From assembly GCF_001194135.2 (NCBI RefSeq), contig NC_068990.1, positions 1,309,013 to 1,373,012 on the forward strand: DNA of 64,000 bases. The letters are read 5' to 3'. The notes below the pieces were generated by a model. The model ran no database searches. It had not been told where the DNA came from and worked only from the letters and a program-made list of their open reading frames with translations. The first letter of the stretch is position 1, and every line of letters starts with the position of its first letter. Below, one piece after another: positions 52,437-64,000 of this stretch. Source of the stretch: Octopus bimaculoides (Eukaryota). The translations under genes and the position numbers were made by a program.

Positions 52437-53008
52437 TGTGTGCATGTGTCTTCGTGTCTTTGTGTCTGTGTTTGTCCCCTTACCACTGCTTCGCAACCAG
52501 TGTTGGTATGTTTACATCCCCATAAGTTAGGGGTTTTGTAAAAAAGACTGATAGATCAAGTACCTGGCATAAAAAATAATAAGCATTGGGGTTGATTTGT
52601 TCAATTGAAATTCTTCAAGGCGGTGTCACAACATGGTCAACGTCTAATGACTGAAACAAGTAAAAGATAAAAGATATTCTATAGTTGAGAACAACATTTT
52701 AAAATAACATGACTTACACATTCGTATTTTATCGGCAAAACAATAGAAACTAGCTACCAGAAATGCATTGTAATATGCTAATCAGTCAATCCCATTTACA
52801 TAAGCCCTCAGTAATTAGTGTATTTCCAATCAGTGTCCTTATGAGTTATAATGGTCCTCTGCCATCGATGAAATCCCAACAGGATTTTAAAAAATATCTT
52901 GCTTATTCCTTTTTACTGTCCATGGTAATAATGCATAGTCATAAAAAGTGTATATGACTGTAAATATATGATATGATATACATTCATACATGTGTGTGCT
53001 TGTTCATG

Positions 53009-53045
<37 letters not shown>

Positions 53046-53085
53046 GCATATATACATACATATATGTACATACTTAGATCTATAC

Positions 53086-53123
<38 letters not shown>

Positions 53124-54479
53124 NNNNNNNNNNNNNNNNNNNNNNNNNNNNNNNNNNNNNNNNNNNNNNNNNNNNNNNNNNNNNNNNNNNNNNNNNNNNN
53201 NNNNNNNNNNNNNNNNNNNNNNNNNNNNNNNNNNNNNNNNNNNNNNNNNNNNNNNNNNNNNNNNNNNNNNNNNNNNNNNNNNNNNNNNNNNNNNNNNNNN
53301 NNNNNNNNNNNNNNNNNNNNNNNNNNNNNNNNNNNNNNNNNNNNNNNNNNNNNNNNNNNNNNNNNNNNNNNNNNNNNNNNNNNNNNNNNNNNNNNNNNNN
53401 NNNNNNNNNNNNNNNNNNNNNNNNNNNNNNNNNNNNNNNNNNNNNNNNNNNNNNNNNNNNNNNNNNNNNNNNNNNNNNNNNNNNNNNNNNNNNNNNNNNN
53501 NNNNNNNNNNNNNNNNNNNNNNNNNNNNNNNNNNNNNNNNNNNNNNNNNNNNNNNNNNNNNNNNNNNNNNNNNNNNNNNNNNNNNNNNNNNNNNNNNNNN
53601 NNNNNNNNNNNNNNNNNNNNNNNNNNNNNTATATATCTTATTCTTTTACTTCTTCTCCCACTATTCTATCCTATTGCTCTGTCACTCTCTCTCCCTCATT
53701 CCCCCTCTCTTGCTCACGTGGTTCCCACGTGAGCATCGGCCATCTATCTTTCTCTCCGTTGTAGATGGAACAAGGAAGACGTGTTCTTGTCTGTCTCCTG
53801 TCCAAGCTTGATTTACATGTTCACCACCACAACCTTGTTTAGGCTTAGCTGCCCTTCCTATTTGTTTTCACTTTCCTGTTTGTGATACTTATTTTGACCC
53901 TCTACAAAATCCCAAATTTTATTTAATTTGCTTTGCAGGAGCAACTGTTTTATTGAAAGCGTATATTGTTGTTAAATGCTCAAAATATGAGAGTAGGAAA
54001 ACAGCCAACAAGTGATGAACGGTCGTTTTTTATGTTGTTTGTCTTGTTTTCCGTTTGTGTCTTACGTTGTTTGAAAAAATAGTTCATATTCCATGTACTC
54101 ATACTTCATATTTTTTGTTGTACATGTTTTGTGACGTCCTGTACCCACATATACATATACATATACGTATAGATGTAAGTATGTACATATACGTATGTAT
54201 ATATGCATATATANNNNNNNNNNNNNNNNNNNNNNNNNNNNNNNNNNNNNNNNNNNNNNNNNNNNNNNNNNNNNNNNNNNNNNNNNNNNNNNNNNNNNNN
54301 NNNNNNNNNNNNNNNNNNNNNNNNNNNNNNNNNNNNNNNNNNNNNNNNNNNNNNNNNNNNNNNNNNNNNNNNNNNNNNNNNNNNNNNNNNNNNNNNNNNN
54401 NNNNNNNNNNNNNNNNNNNNNNNNNNNNNNNNNNNNNNNNNNNNNNNNNNNNNNNNNNNNNNNNNNNNNNNNNNNNNNN

Positions 54480-54510
<31 letters not shown>

Positions 54511-55600
54511 TTATATATATGTTTGTATACACATATTATAAATATATGCATGTGTGTTTATATGCACAAACACACATACACACATACATGTGCATGCACA
54601 CACACACGTTAACAAAATGCATATCGTGTATATAGTATTCTGAGTCAGTATAATAGCGAAGTTAATTAAATCAGAATCAGGTACAGTTTGTGTTTTTGGA
54701 ATTTATAGATTTGTGTAAAATATTTCAAAAAAATTGTGAAAGGAGAAATGAAATGTTATTGAAAATTATACAAATCACAGTATGCCATGATAATTATTCT
54801 AGTTTCATTATCAGAACAATATACAAAAGAATGATAAATCTGAAATCTCATGCCAGCAATATGAAAATTTGTAAACTTATAGTACAGTGGTAACTAACTT
54901 TTATCACATATTGTGTACTGAAAATTATTAAAAATAAATGTAGCATTACTGTCATATATATATNNNNNNNNNNNNNNNNNNNNNNNNNNNNNNNNNNNNN
55001 NNNNNNNNNNNNNNNNNNNNNNNNNNNNNNNNNNNNNNNNNNNNNNNNNNNNNNNNNNNNNNNNNNNNNNNNNNNNNNNNNNNNNNNNNNNNNNNNNNNN
55101 NNNNNNNNNNNNNNNNNNNNNNNNNNNNNNNNNNNNNNNNNNNNNNNNNNNNNNNNNNNNNNNNNNNNNNNNNNNNNNNNNNNNNNNNNNNNNNNNNNNN
55201 NNNNNNNNNNNNNNNNNNNNNNNNNNNNNNNNNNNNNNNNNNNNNNNNNNNNNNNNNNNNNNNNNNNNNNNNNNNNNNNNNNNNNNNNNNNNNNNNNNNN
55301 NNNNNNNNNNNNNNNNNNNNNNNNNNNNNNNNNNNNNNNNNNNNNNNNNNNNNNNNNNNNNNNNNNNNNNNNNNNNNNNNNNNNNNNNNNNNNNNNNNNN
55401 NNNNNNNNNNNNNNNNNNNNNNNNNNNNNNNNNNNNNNNNNNNNNNNNNNNNNNNNNNNNNNNNNNNNNNNNNNNNNNNNNNNNNNNNNNNNNNNNNNNN
55501 NNNNNNNNNNNNNNNNNNNNNNNNNNNNNNNNNNNNNNNNNNNNNNNNNNNNNNNNNNNNNNNNNNNNNNNNNNNNNNNNNNNNNNNNNNNNNNNNNNNN

Positions 55601-55990
55601 ACAGAGACCTGAATAAGTGGAAATCCGAAGGAGCAATATCTGGTGAATATGGAGGGTGGGGTAACACACCCCAGCCGAGCTGCAGCAATTTTTGTCTGGT
55701 TCCCAAAGAAACATGTGGTCTTGCATTATCATGTTGGAAAATAACACCCTTCCTGTTGGCCAATTCTGGACGTTTTCCTTGAATTGCTGCTTTTAACTTG
55801 TCCAGTTGTGTGCAGTATTTCTCAGAATTAATTGTCTGGTTACTTGGGAGAAGCTCATAGTATAGAATTCCTTTCCAATCCCACCAGACACAAAGCAAGA
55901 CATTTTTAGGGTAACAACCCGCTTTTGGAGTGGCTAAGGGTAGCTCATGTTGCTTACCCTAGGATCGCTTTTACTAGCCAGGTTAGCTTA
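55601..55990 (-). mobile_element. Mariner transposase catalytic-domain fragment, frame intact up to the gap
   Basis: Reads PKAGCYPKNVLLCVWWDWKGILYYELL..FQHDNARPHVS..LPHPPYSPDIAPSDFHLFRSL (D,D34D mariner). Confidence 0.95.
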
Positions 55991-56449
55991 TTTTGTCACT
56001 CTAACTCTCTCTTTTCCTGTCACTGTTTCTTCCCCCCTCTCATTCTCTTTTTATCTATTCATCCTCTCAATCATGATGATTTCAACAAATTAAGGTGGCG
56101 CTAATGTATAGCAAACTCATTAGTGCTGCTAAGGACTAAGCGATCTCTCTAGTGTTGGTGCCATAAAAAACACAGTGGGATCTGAAAATTGACCAGTGTT
56201 AGGAATCCAGCCACAGAAACTTTGTAAAATATGATACTTAAGAGAAAATAACATATATACTTTGGTTTATGTAATAAGTTCTATTTCTCCTGATTGGAAA
56301 ACCAAACCTAAAAGCATAGTTTGTGTGTGTGCATGATTTTATATGTATGCATGAAGCATGGATGTTAAATGATGATGATAGCTTGATATATATTCACACG
56401 CATACATGTGTGTGCACGTGCATGTGTGTGTGTGCATGGTGTGTGCGTG

Positions 56450-56482
<33 letters not shown>

Positions 56483-56732
56483 TGCAAGTACCTTCAAGAT
56501 ATGCAAAATATATACACAGAAATAACCAGCTTGTCTGAATGCAAAATGCCAATATAGCATAATTAGAAATGGCCAGATTTATTCTTTTTAAGAGCACTTA
56601 TCACCCTTTAATGCCTTCTTTCAGGAGTGAATTGCTCTTCAACCAATTACTATTGATATTTAGCTTTCTTGGAGTGAGAAATATCAAGAGAAGGAGACAT
56701 ACAGACAGATATACAGACAAATAGATAAATAA

Positions 56733-56769
<37 letters not shown>

Positions 56770-56803
56770 CACATAGATAGATAGACAGACAGATACAAAG
56801 AGA

Positions 56804-56859
<56 letters not shown>

Positions 56860-57739
56860 AAGAAATAGGAAGATTGTGAGAAAGAGAGGTCAATTTTATG
56901 ATCTTTCTCAAGAAATTTTAAGAAGTGGTTGAGTCATCATTTGTTCTGATTAAATCTAATACTTTTAAAATTCATTAGTTTCTAATCTTACTAATTGATG
57001 CTTCAGAAAATTTCAAAAAGAAATCAAGCAAGATTGTTAGTCAAACGAGGTAAAATGAAAGAATAATAAAAATGTATACCACCAATACGGTGTGAGGGTG
57101 AAGGTGCTAGATTATTGATTGATGAGATGATCTTTGGGTTCAAACCTTACTTCCAGAAAAGATATATTATATACTTGAAAGAAAAAACAAATATACTTTC
57201 ATAATGTGTATCTGTGATCAATAACACTGTTGATTATAGTCATTCAATGGGTCAATCCCACATTCACTGTAATTTTTGGTGGTGGAGTGGGGTGACTAGA
57301 GAGTGTCTCTTCACAGTTTGGGTGGAATAAATAACCTGAAGTATTTATATTTGATAAACTGATTTCTCACTGATATGTATATATTTTCGTGGTTACTGAT
57401 TTATATCTGTTTCTCTCTCTCTCTCTCTCTCTTTGTGAAGTTGTGTGGCCAAGTGGTTAGGGCGTTGCACTCACAATTGCAAGATCACAGTTTCAATCCC
57501 TAGTATGGCAGTGTGTTGTGTTCTTGAGCCAATCACTTCATTTCACTTTGCTCCATTCGAATCAGTTCTAAACGGTCAGCTCTGTGTTGGACTGGGCATC
57601 CTGTTCAGAAGGAATGTTGGTCTACCTAGCTGGCCAGTGGGGTGGAAAGTATGAACTTGAAGCAGCCATTATGGCATGTGTCATTCACAAAGTTTTTTAA
57701 TGAAAGAACATAAGGATAAGTGAACATGTGCGTGTGTGT

Positions 57740-57780
<41 letters not shown>

Positions 57781-58654
57781 TGCATGAGTATACCATTGTT
57801 ACCGTCGTTGTCATCATTGCAGTCACCATCATCATCACCATCGTCACCATCATCATCATTATCACCGTCATCATCACCGCCACCACCAGTTTCAATCTGC
57901 TNNNNNNNNNNNNNNNNNNNNNNNNNNNNNNNNNNNNNNNNNNNNNNNNNNNNNNNNNNNNNNNNNNNNNNNNNNNNNNNNNNNNNNNNNNNNNNNNNNN
58001 NNNNNNNNNNNNNNNNNNNNNNNNNNNNNNNNNNNNNNNNNNNNNNNNNNNNNNNNNNNNNNNNNNNNNNNNNNNNNNNNNNNNNNNNNNNNNNNNNNNN
58101 NNNNNNNNNNNNNNNNNNNNNNNNNNNNNNNNNNNNNNNNNNNNNNNNNNNNNNNNNNNNNNNNNNNNNNNNNNNNNNNNNNNNNNNNNNNNNNNNNNNN
58201 NNNNNNNNNNNNNNNNNNNATATATATATGTAATTCAAAATATAAACAATAATAAACCATAACATAAATTTTTATTTTTCAAAATGATACTAAACTAACA
58301 GAAAAATGGAAAAAAATGTTTATTTTTCCATTCTTCCACTTTATTTGTATTTGAAAAGTTTTCTCCTACATTTTTTTAATTGCAAAAAAGATCTTTGATC
58401 TGATCATCACTATGATACCATGAACACTTCAAAATTATATTTCTGGTCGTATAAACCACTTCATTGCAAAAATCCCTGTTTTTGTTATTAAAAACACAAA
58501 AGTAAACAGCAGCTACGAGGGGTGGGGTGGGGTACACACCCTTAACAATAAGTCATAAACACACTTGACTACAAAGCTGAATGCATGACTGGTTGTCTAA
58601 TTTTAGTATTTAATCTTCATTTTGTATGTGTGTTGTTCGTTTTGCTTTAACAGG

Positions 58655-59118
58655 AATCCATTAGTAATTGTAAAGGGAACATGTGGAAGGGGTAGACCCA
58701 AGAAGACATGGGATGAAGAGGTGAGAAAGGATCTACAAATGTTGGGACTCACAGAGGGGATGATAAGGGATTGTGACTCCCGGCGTTTTGCTGTACTTGA
58801 AAAGACATGTCAAGCTAATTAAAAGTGGGGTTGTCCTCTTGCATACAGGCTTCACCTCTGCAGCCCTTTCTAGCTGAACACCACTAATCTCATGGACTCA
58901 TAAGTGCTGGTGTCATGTAAAAAGCACCTGTGCTGGTGCTGCGTAAAAGCATCCGGTACACTCCGTAAAGTGGTTGACATTAGGAAGGGCATCCAACTGT
59001 ACAAATCATGCCAAAACAGACAGGGTGCCTGAGCAGCTCTTCAGTTGGTCAGCTCCTGTCAAACTGTCCAACCCATGCCAGCATGGAAAATGGACGTTAA
59101 AAGATGATGATGATGATT
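58655..59118 (+). mobile_element. RTE-clade LINE 3' end (ORF C-terminus, 3' UTR, GAT tail)
   Basis: Reads VKGTCGRGRPKKTWDEEVRKDLQMLGLTEGM..RFAVLEKT. The tail is GGACGTTAAAAGATGATGATGAT. Confidence 0.88.
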
Positions 59119-60017
59119 ACATTTAGGCTATTCCAGCTATACTGGGGACACAGCATGACCATGTTAAGCAGAATCCAACAAAAATAATCAAACAAAAGTT
59201 TAAAAAATCTCCTACTTCTGTATAAAAGAAAAGAATAAAGAATACTTTGTCCCATATGTTAGAAAAATGTTTGTAAAACAATTTAATGGTAAATATGGAT
59301 TCCTGTTTGTAGAAATCAATTATTCCAAGAACAGTGCCAAAAATAAAATTAAAAAACAAACACAGATGAATAAACATGTAAAGAAAACTGAGTGAAGAAA
59401 TAGCTTGGAGATAAAAAAAAAAAATGAAGGCAAAGCTAAATAGAATAAAATACTTATTTGACAAGTGGATAATTTTATGTTCTTATATTACTCCTTGCAT
59501 TAACCTGTTACAGACAAAGCCAGCTGATGCTTTAACTCAGAAGGAAAGCGAACTGTTTTATGAGATATGGGAAAGAATAAACATATTGCTATTTAAATTC
59601 TGTAAAAAAAAGGAATATATATANNNNNNNNNNNNNNNNNNNNNNNNNNNNNNNNNNNNNNNNNNNNNNNNNNNNNNNNNNNNNNNNNNNNNNNNNNNNN
59701 NNNNNNNNNNNNNNNNNNNNNNNNNNNNNNNNNNNNNNNNNNNNNNNNNNNNNNNNNNNNNNNNNNNNNNNNNNNNNNNNNNNNNNNNNNNNNNNNNNNN
59801 NNNNNNNNNNNNNNNNNNNNNNNNNNNNNNNNNNNNNNNNNNNNNNNNNNNNNNNNNNNNNNNNNNNNNNNNNNNNNNNNNNNNNNNNNNNNNNNNNNNN
59901 NNNNNNNNNNNNNNNNNNNNNNNNNNNNNNNNNNNNNNNNNNNNNNNNNNNAGCAGCATACCAAAAACGTGAGCGGGCAAGACATTTAAAATCACCTAAA
60001 AAAAAAAAATCATTATT

Positions 60018-60083
60018 AAACAGGAACCAGGTTTCGGATTTAACAAATTCTTACCATTTGTCTATTCCTCATCAGCCTGATTT
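60018..60083 (-). ncRNA. Type I hammerhead ribozyme motif
   Basis: The - strand reads AAATCAGG-CTGATGA-GGAATAGACAAAT-GGTAAGA-ATTTGTTAAATCC-GAAA-CCTGG-TT-CCTGTTT. The core is intact, stem II is 13 bp, stem I is CAGG/CCTG and helix III is palindromic. Confidence 0.8.
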
Positions 60084-60584
60084 GTAATGTAGCAGCAATT
60101 ATCAGAATCCTATACATAGTTGCCCACCGCCATGTGTGCGCGTGCATATGGTTCTGCTAATTACAGCTTAATGGTAAAATTCAAAAGTCTTCGTTTTGGC
60201 GCGCTAATTCCAGGAATATATCCGCAGAAAATATTTACTGCGTTGAATATATTCAATATGAGAACATGAGTAATGGGTAAATATTATTGTAATATCTGGT
60301 AATTAGTCATATATTAATATATTAATTAATATCGATTAATTATCAGGGGGATATATATATATGGGTAGAGAGATAATGATGCAGATAAACAAATAAAACC
60401 ACATGGGCTAGATGTACAAAATATACATACATATGTACATGTAAATAGAGAGAAAACAAGACTGAAAACATTCAGCCGATGATGATTCATGTATAAATAC
60501 ATAGATATTTGTATATTAGCAGAGCAAACTTACATAAATTATAAAGACACTGAAAATCAAAGGGAGAAGGTATGGTGTTACAAG

Positions 60585-60718
60585 GCCCACAGCTGTTTCT
60601 GGGTGCTTGGAATTACTTCGTAATGTTGCCAAATGTAGTTCATAAAAATCCCAGGATATGCAACCAATAATGGAAGCATATAAACACTAGGTAGACCATT
60701 CCTCCATCTTCAGAGGGG
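60585..60718 (-). ncRNA. Degenerate hammerhead motif with a long stem-II insertion
   Basis: CTGAAGA-TGG...CCA-GAAAC-AGCT-GT-G. It has a palindromic AGCT tetraloop, but G at position 17 and a weak stem I. Confidence 0.45.
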
Positions 60719-61262
60719 AGAGATAAGTATCTAATGTAGCTGTTTGGCAAAAACGGAGTGATAAAATAAGTTGCAGGCTTAAAAAAAGAAGTACTGGGGT
60801 CAATTCATTTGACTAAAACGTTTTCAAGGTGGTGTCATAATAATAATAATAATAAGAGCAACAACAACAACAGTAATAATAATAATAATCCTTTCTACTA
60901 TAGGCACAAGGCCTGAAATTTTGGGGGAGGGGGACTAATTGATTACATTGACCTTAGTGTTTCACTGGTAATTAATTTATTAACCCCTAAAAGGATGAAA
61001 GACAAAGTTGACCTTGGTGGAATTTGAACTCGGAACGTAGCGATGTGTGAAATGCTGCTTAGCATTTTACTTGGCATGCTAAGGTTTCTGCCAGCTCACA
61101 ACCTTAACAAAGTAATAATATAACAACAACAATATTGTTTTTGCATTTGAATTTTCAGAAGAATCTTGTGCTTAACCAATTTCTTTTTCTTATTAAATTG
61201 ACAAAATAGAAAATAATTGAAAATCTACAAAATGATGGTGGTGGTGGTGGTGGTAATGATGG

Positions 61263-61299
<37 letters not shown>

Positions 61300-62784
61300 A
61301 ATGATGGTGGTGAAGATGATGGTGAAGATGGTGGTGAAAATGGTGACAAGATGACGATAATGATGATTATCATCATCATGGCAGTGGTGGCTGCAATAGT
61401 GGTGGTGATTGTGATGGTGGCAGCAGCATCAGTGGCGGTGGTGGTGGTGTTGATGATGATGATGATAATAATGAGAAATTGATATATGTCTCAGTGGGAA
61501 ACGAGAATCGTTTGTTTATCATTTTCATTTGTTTGTTTGTTTGTTTGTCTGTCATTTTTGTTTTGTTTTGTTTGTTACTTTACTATTATTGGTATCCATT
61601 TCACAGATAACAATTGTCAGTGGTTGGCACCGGAATGATATTATCTCTGAAAGTAATCAATGATGGCATGCACATATGTACATATTTACATGTATAAAGG
61701 TAGATATCTACCTACCAGCCAGGCTGTCATATAAGACGACTCAGTGTGTGTGGATCGTATGAGGTTTAGTAAATTAAATTATCATCTTAGCAAGTTCCTG
61801 ATTACACATTTTCACTTTTTTTCCTTTTTTTTAGTTGGAGAGGGTNNNNNNNNNNNNNNNNNNNNNNNNNNNNNNNNNNNNNNNNNNNNNNNNNNNNNNN
61901 NNNNNNNNNNNNNNNNNNNNNNNNNNNNNNNNNNNNNNNNNNNNNNNNNNNNNNNNNNNNNNNNNNNNNNNNNNNNNNNNNNNNNNNNNNNNNNNNNNNN
62001 NNNNNNNNNNNNNNNNNNNNNNNNNNNNNNNNNNNNNNNNNNNNNNNNNNNNNNNNNNNNNNNNNNNNNNNNNNNNNNNNNNNNNNNNNNNNNNNNNNNN
62101 NNNNNNNNNNNNNNNNNNNNNNNNNNNNNNNNNNNNNNNNNNNNNNNNNNNNNNNNNNNNNNNNNNNNNNNNNNNNNNNNNNNNNNNNNNNNNNNNNNNN
62201 NNNNNNNNNNNNNNNNNNNNNNNNNNNNNNNNNNNNNNNNNNNNNNNNNNNNNNNNNNNNNNNNNNNNNNNNNNNNNNNNNNNNNNNNNNNNNNNNNNNN
62301 NNNNNNNNNNNNNNNNNNNNNNNNNNNNNNNNNNNNNNNNNNNNNNNNNNNNNNNNNNNNNNNNNNNNNNNNNNNNNNNNNNNNNNNNNNNNNNNNNNNN
62401 NNNNNNNNNNNNNNNNNNNNNNNNNNNNNNNNNNNNNNNNNNNNNNNNNNNNNNNNNNNNNNNNNNNNNNNNNNNNNNNNNNNNNNNNNNNNNNNNNNNN
62501 NNNNNNNNNNNNNNNNNNNNNNNNNNNNNNNNNNNNNNNNNNNNNNNNNNNNNNNNNNNNNNNNNNNNNNNNNNNNNNNNNNNNNNNNNNNNNNNNNNNN
62601 NNNNNNNNNNNNNNNNNNNNNNNNNNNNNNNNNNNNNNNNNNNNNNNNNNNNNNNNNNNNNNNNNNNNNNNNNNNNNNNNNNNNNNNNNNNNNNNNNNNN
62701 NNNNNNNNNNNNNNNNNNNNNNNNNNNNNNNNNNNNNNNNNNNNNNNNNNNNNNNNNNNNNNNNNNNNNNNNNNNNNNNNNNNN

Positions 62785-62841
<57 letters not shown>

Positions 62842-63152
62842 ATCCATATATATATGTATACATATGCATATTTTTCACACACTCACACACACACACACAC
62901 ACACACACATTTACATATATATATTATATATGTTTATGTATATACATGTGTGTGCATGTATGTATCTACATGTATGTCTGTATGTGTTACACACCCAGGT
63001 ATTTTGTTAACAAGTCTGCTTTGCAAGCACGTAGGTCTGGTTTCACTCCCAGTGAGAAGTGCCTTGAGCAAGTGTCTTCTATTATAGCCTCAGGCCAGCC
63101 AAGGTATGACTAGGAAGTGAATTAGAGCATGTGCATGCTTTTGTGCATATGC

Positions 63153-63193
<41 letters not shown>

Positions 63194-63212
63194 CTCTGTG
63201 TTCGTATACATA

Positions 63213-63414
63213 CAGAGTGGTCCAAAAGTAGGTTTACAGCTATTCAACTGTTTCTTTCGCATTCATATATTAACAGTTTAGATCTTAATTATAAAAAAAA
63301 AAATATGAAACCATTATTCTATGCTAATTTAGTTAATTGTAAGATAGAAATTTTATTGTAATAAAATGTTTTAAAATAAATTTTAAGTGCCCACGTGATA
63401 ACTGTAAACCTACT
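63213..63414. mobile_element. Tc1/mariner-type MITE with a truncated right TIR
   Basis: Starts TA|CAGAGTGGTCCAAAAGTAGGTTTACAG. The inverted CTGTAAACCTACT lies at 63402-63414, fused to an RTE remnant. Confidence 0.65.
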
Positions 63415-63660
63415 CGACAGGTTTTCTCAAGCATCATATATTGCCAAGGGTCTTGACCACTTGTGATTGCCGACATGAAACCCAATGTTTGAAGGGTGCT
63501 TTTTACTTGCCTCTGGCATGGGTGACAGTTACACAACACTGGCATTGGCCGTGACTATGATTTTACTTTGCTTGACAGGTCTTCTCAAGCACACACATGC
63601 ACACATATGTATATGTATATTTATATCTATATCTCTATATCTATATCTATCTATCTATCT

Positions 63661-64000
63661 ATGGACGAACAGGGGCGCGAACTGCTCGAGCCAAGCAAAA
63701 TGTGTGAGGCCTTTCAGCGGCACTTTGCTCGACTGTTTGGGACGAATGGCGAGCGAGAACGCAGGGTGGACTTCAGTGCCTACCTGCACAGCCTGCCACA
63801 ACTCTCGGCAAGAGAGGCGGAGTGCTGCGAAGGTGCCATCACGGCGGCGGAAGTGAGGGACGCGATGGCGGGATGCTCGAGGGACAAATCTCCGGGTTTG
63901 GATGGTCTGCCCTACGAGCTTTACAACTGTAAGCCAGACTTGTTTGGAGACGTCTTGGTGGCGGTGTACTGCAACTGGCAGCAAAACGGGAGCATTCCCG
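63661..64000 (+). mobile_element. 5'-truncated Tx1/L1-like non-LTR retrotransposon ORF2 (pre-RT and RT domain 0), running off the window end
   Basis: 113 stop-free codons: ...LPQLSAREAECCEGAITAAEVRDAMAGCSRDKSPGLDGLPYELY...WQQNGSIP (KSPGxDG motif). GC content rises abruptly. Confidence 0.9.

Noticed and set aside
54011-54075. GTGATGA as a possible C/D snoRNA box C
   Set aside because: No correctly placed CTGA box D or terminal stem.

Overview
This is AT-rich eukaryotic DNA from a draft assembly with about 18 N-gaps and dense microsatellites. The SINE, LINE and MITE content suggests a cephalopod, most likely Octopus (inference from recalled repeat families). There is no prokaryotic operon or CRISPR array, and almost all ORFs in the supplied track are microsatellite or N-gap artefacts. 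The only well-supported host-gene signal is two phase-compatible + strand exons (9381-9489 and 20653-20768). Their spliced peptide resembles CFAP65/CCDC108, so most of the window is probably intronic. The remainder is decayed mobile DNA: Tc1 and mariner fragments, piggyBac-type MITEs, a Helitron 3' end, Penelope-like fragments, R4/Dong-like, RTE and Tx1/L1-like LINE pieces, several tRNA-derived SINE families, and two arrays of a GGAACTTTCCAGGAAGT minisatellite. The most notable unannotated signal is a set of type-I hammerhead ribozyme motifs at 35818-35907 (+), 60018-60083 (-) and 60585-60718 (-). They have the minimal, near-palindromic helix III typical of Penelope pseudo-LTR and retrozyme hammerheads. 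All protein-family matches are from recalled motifs, not database searches.
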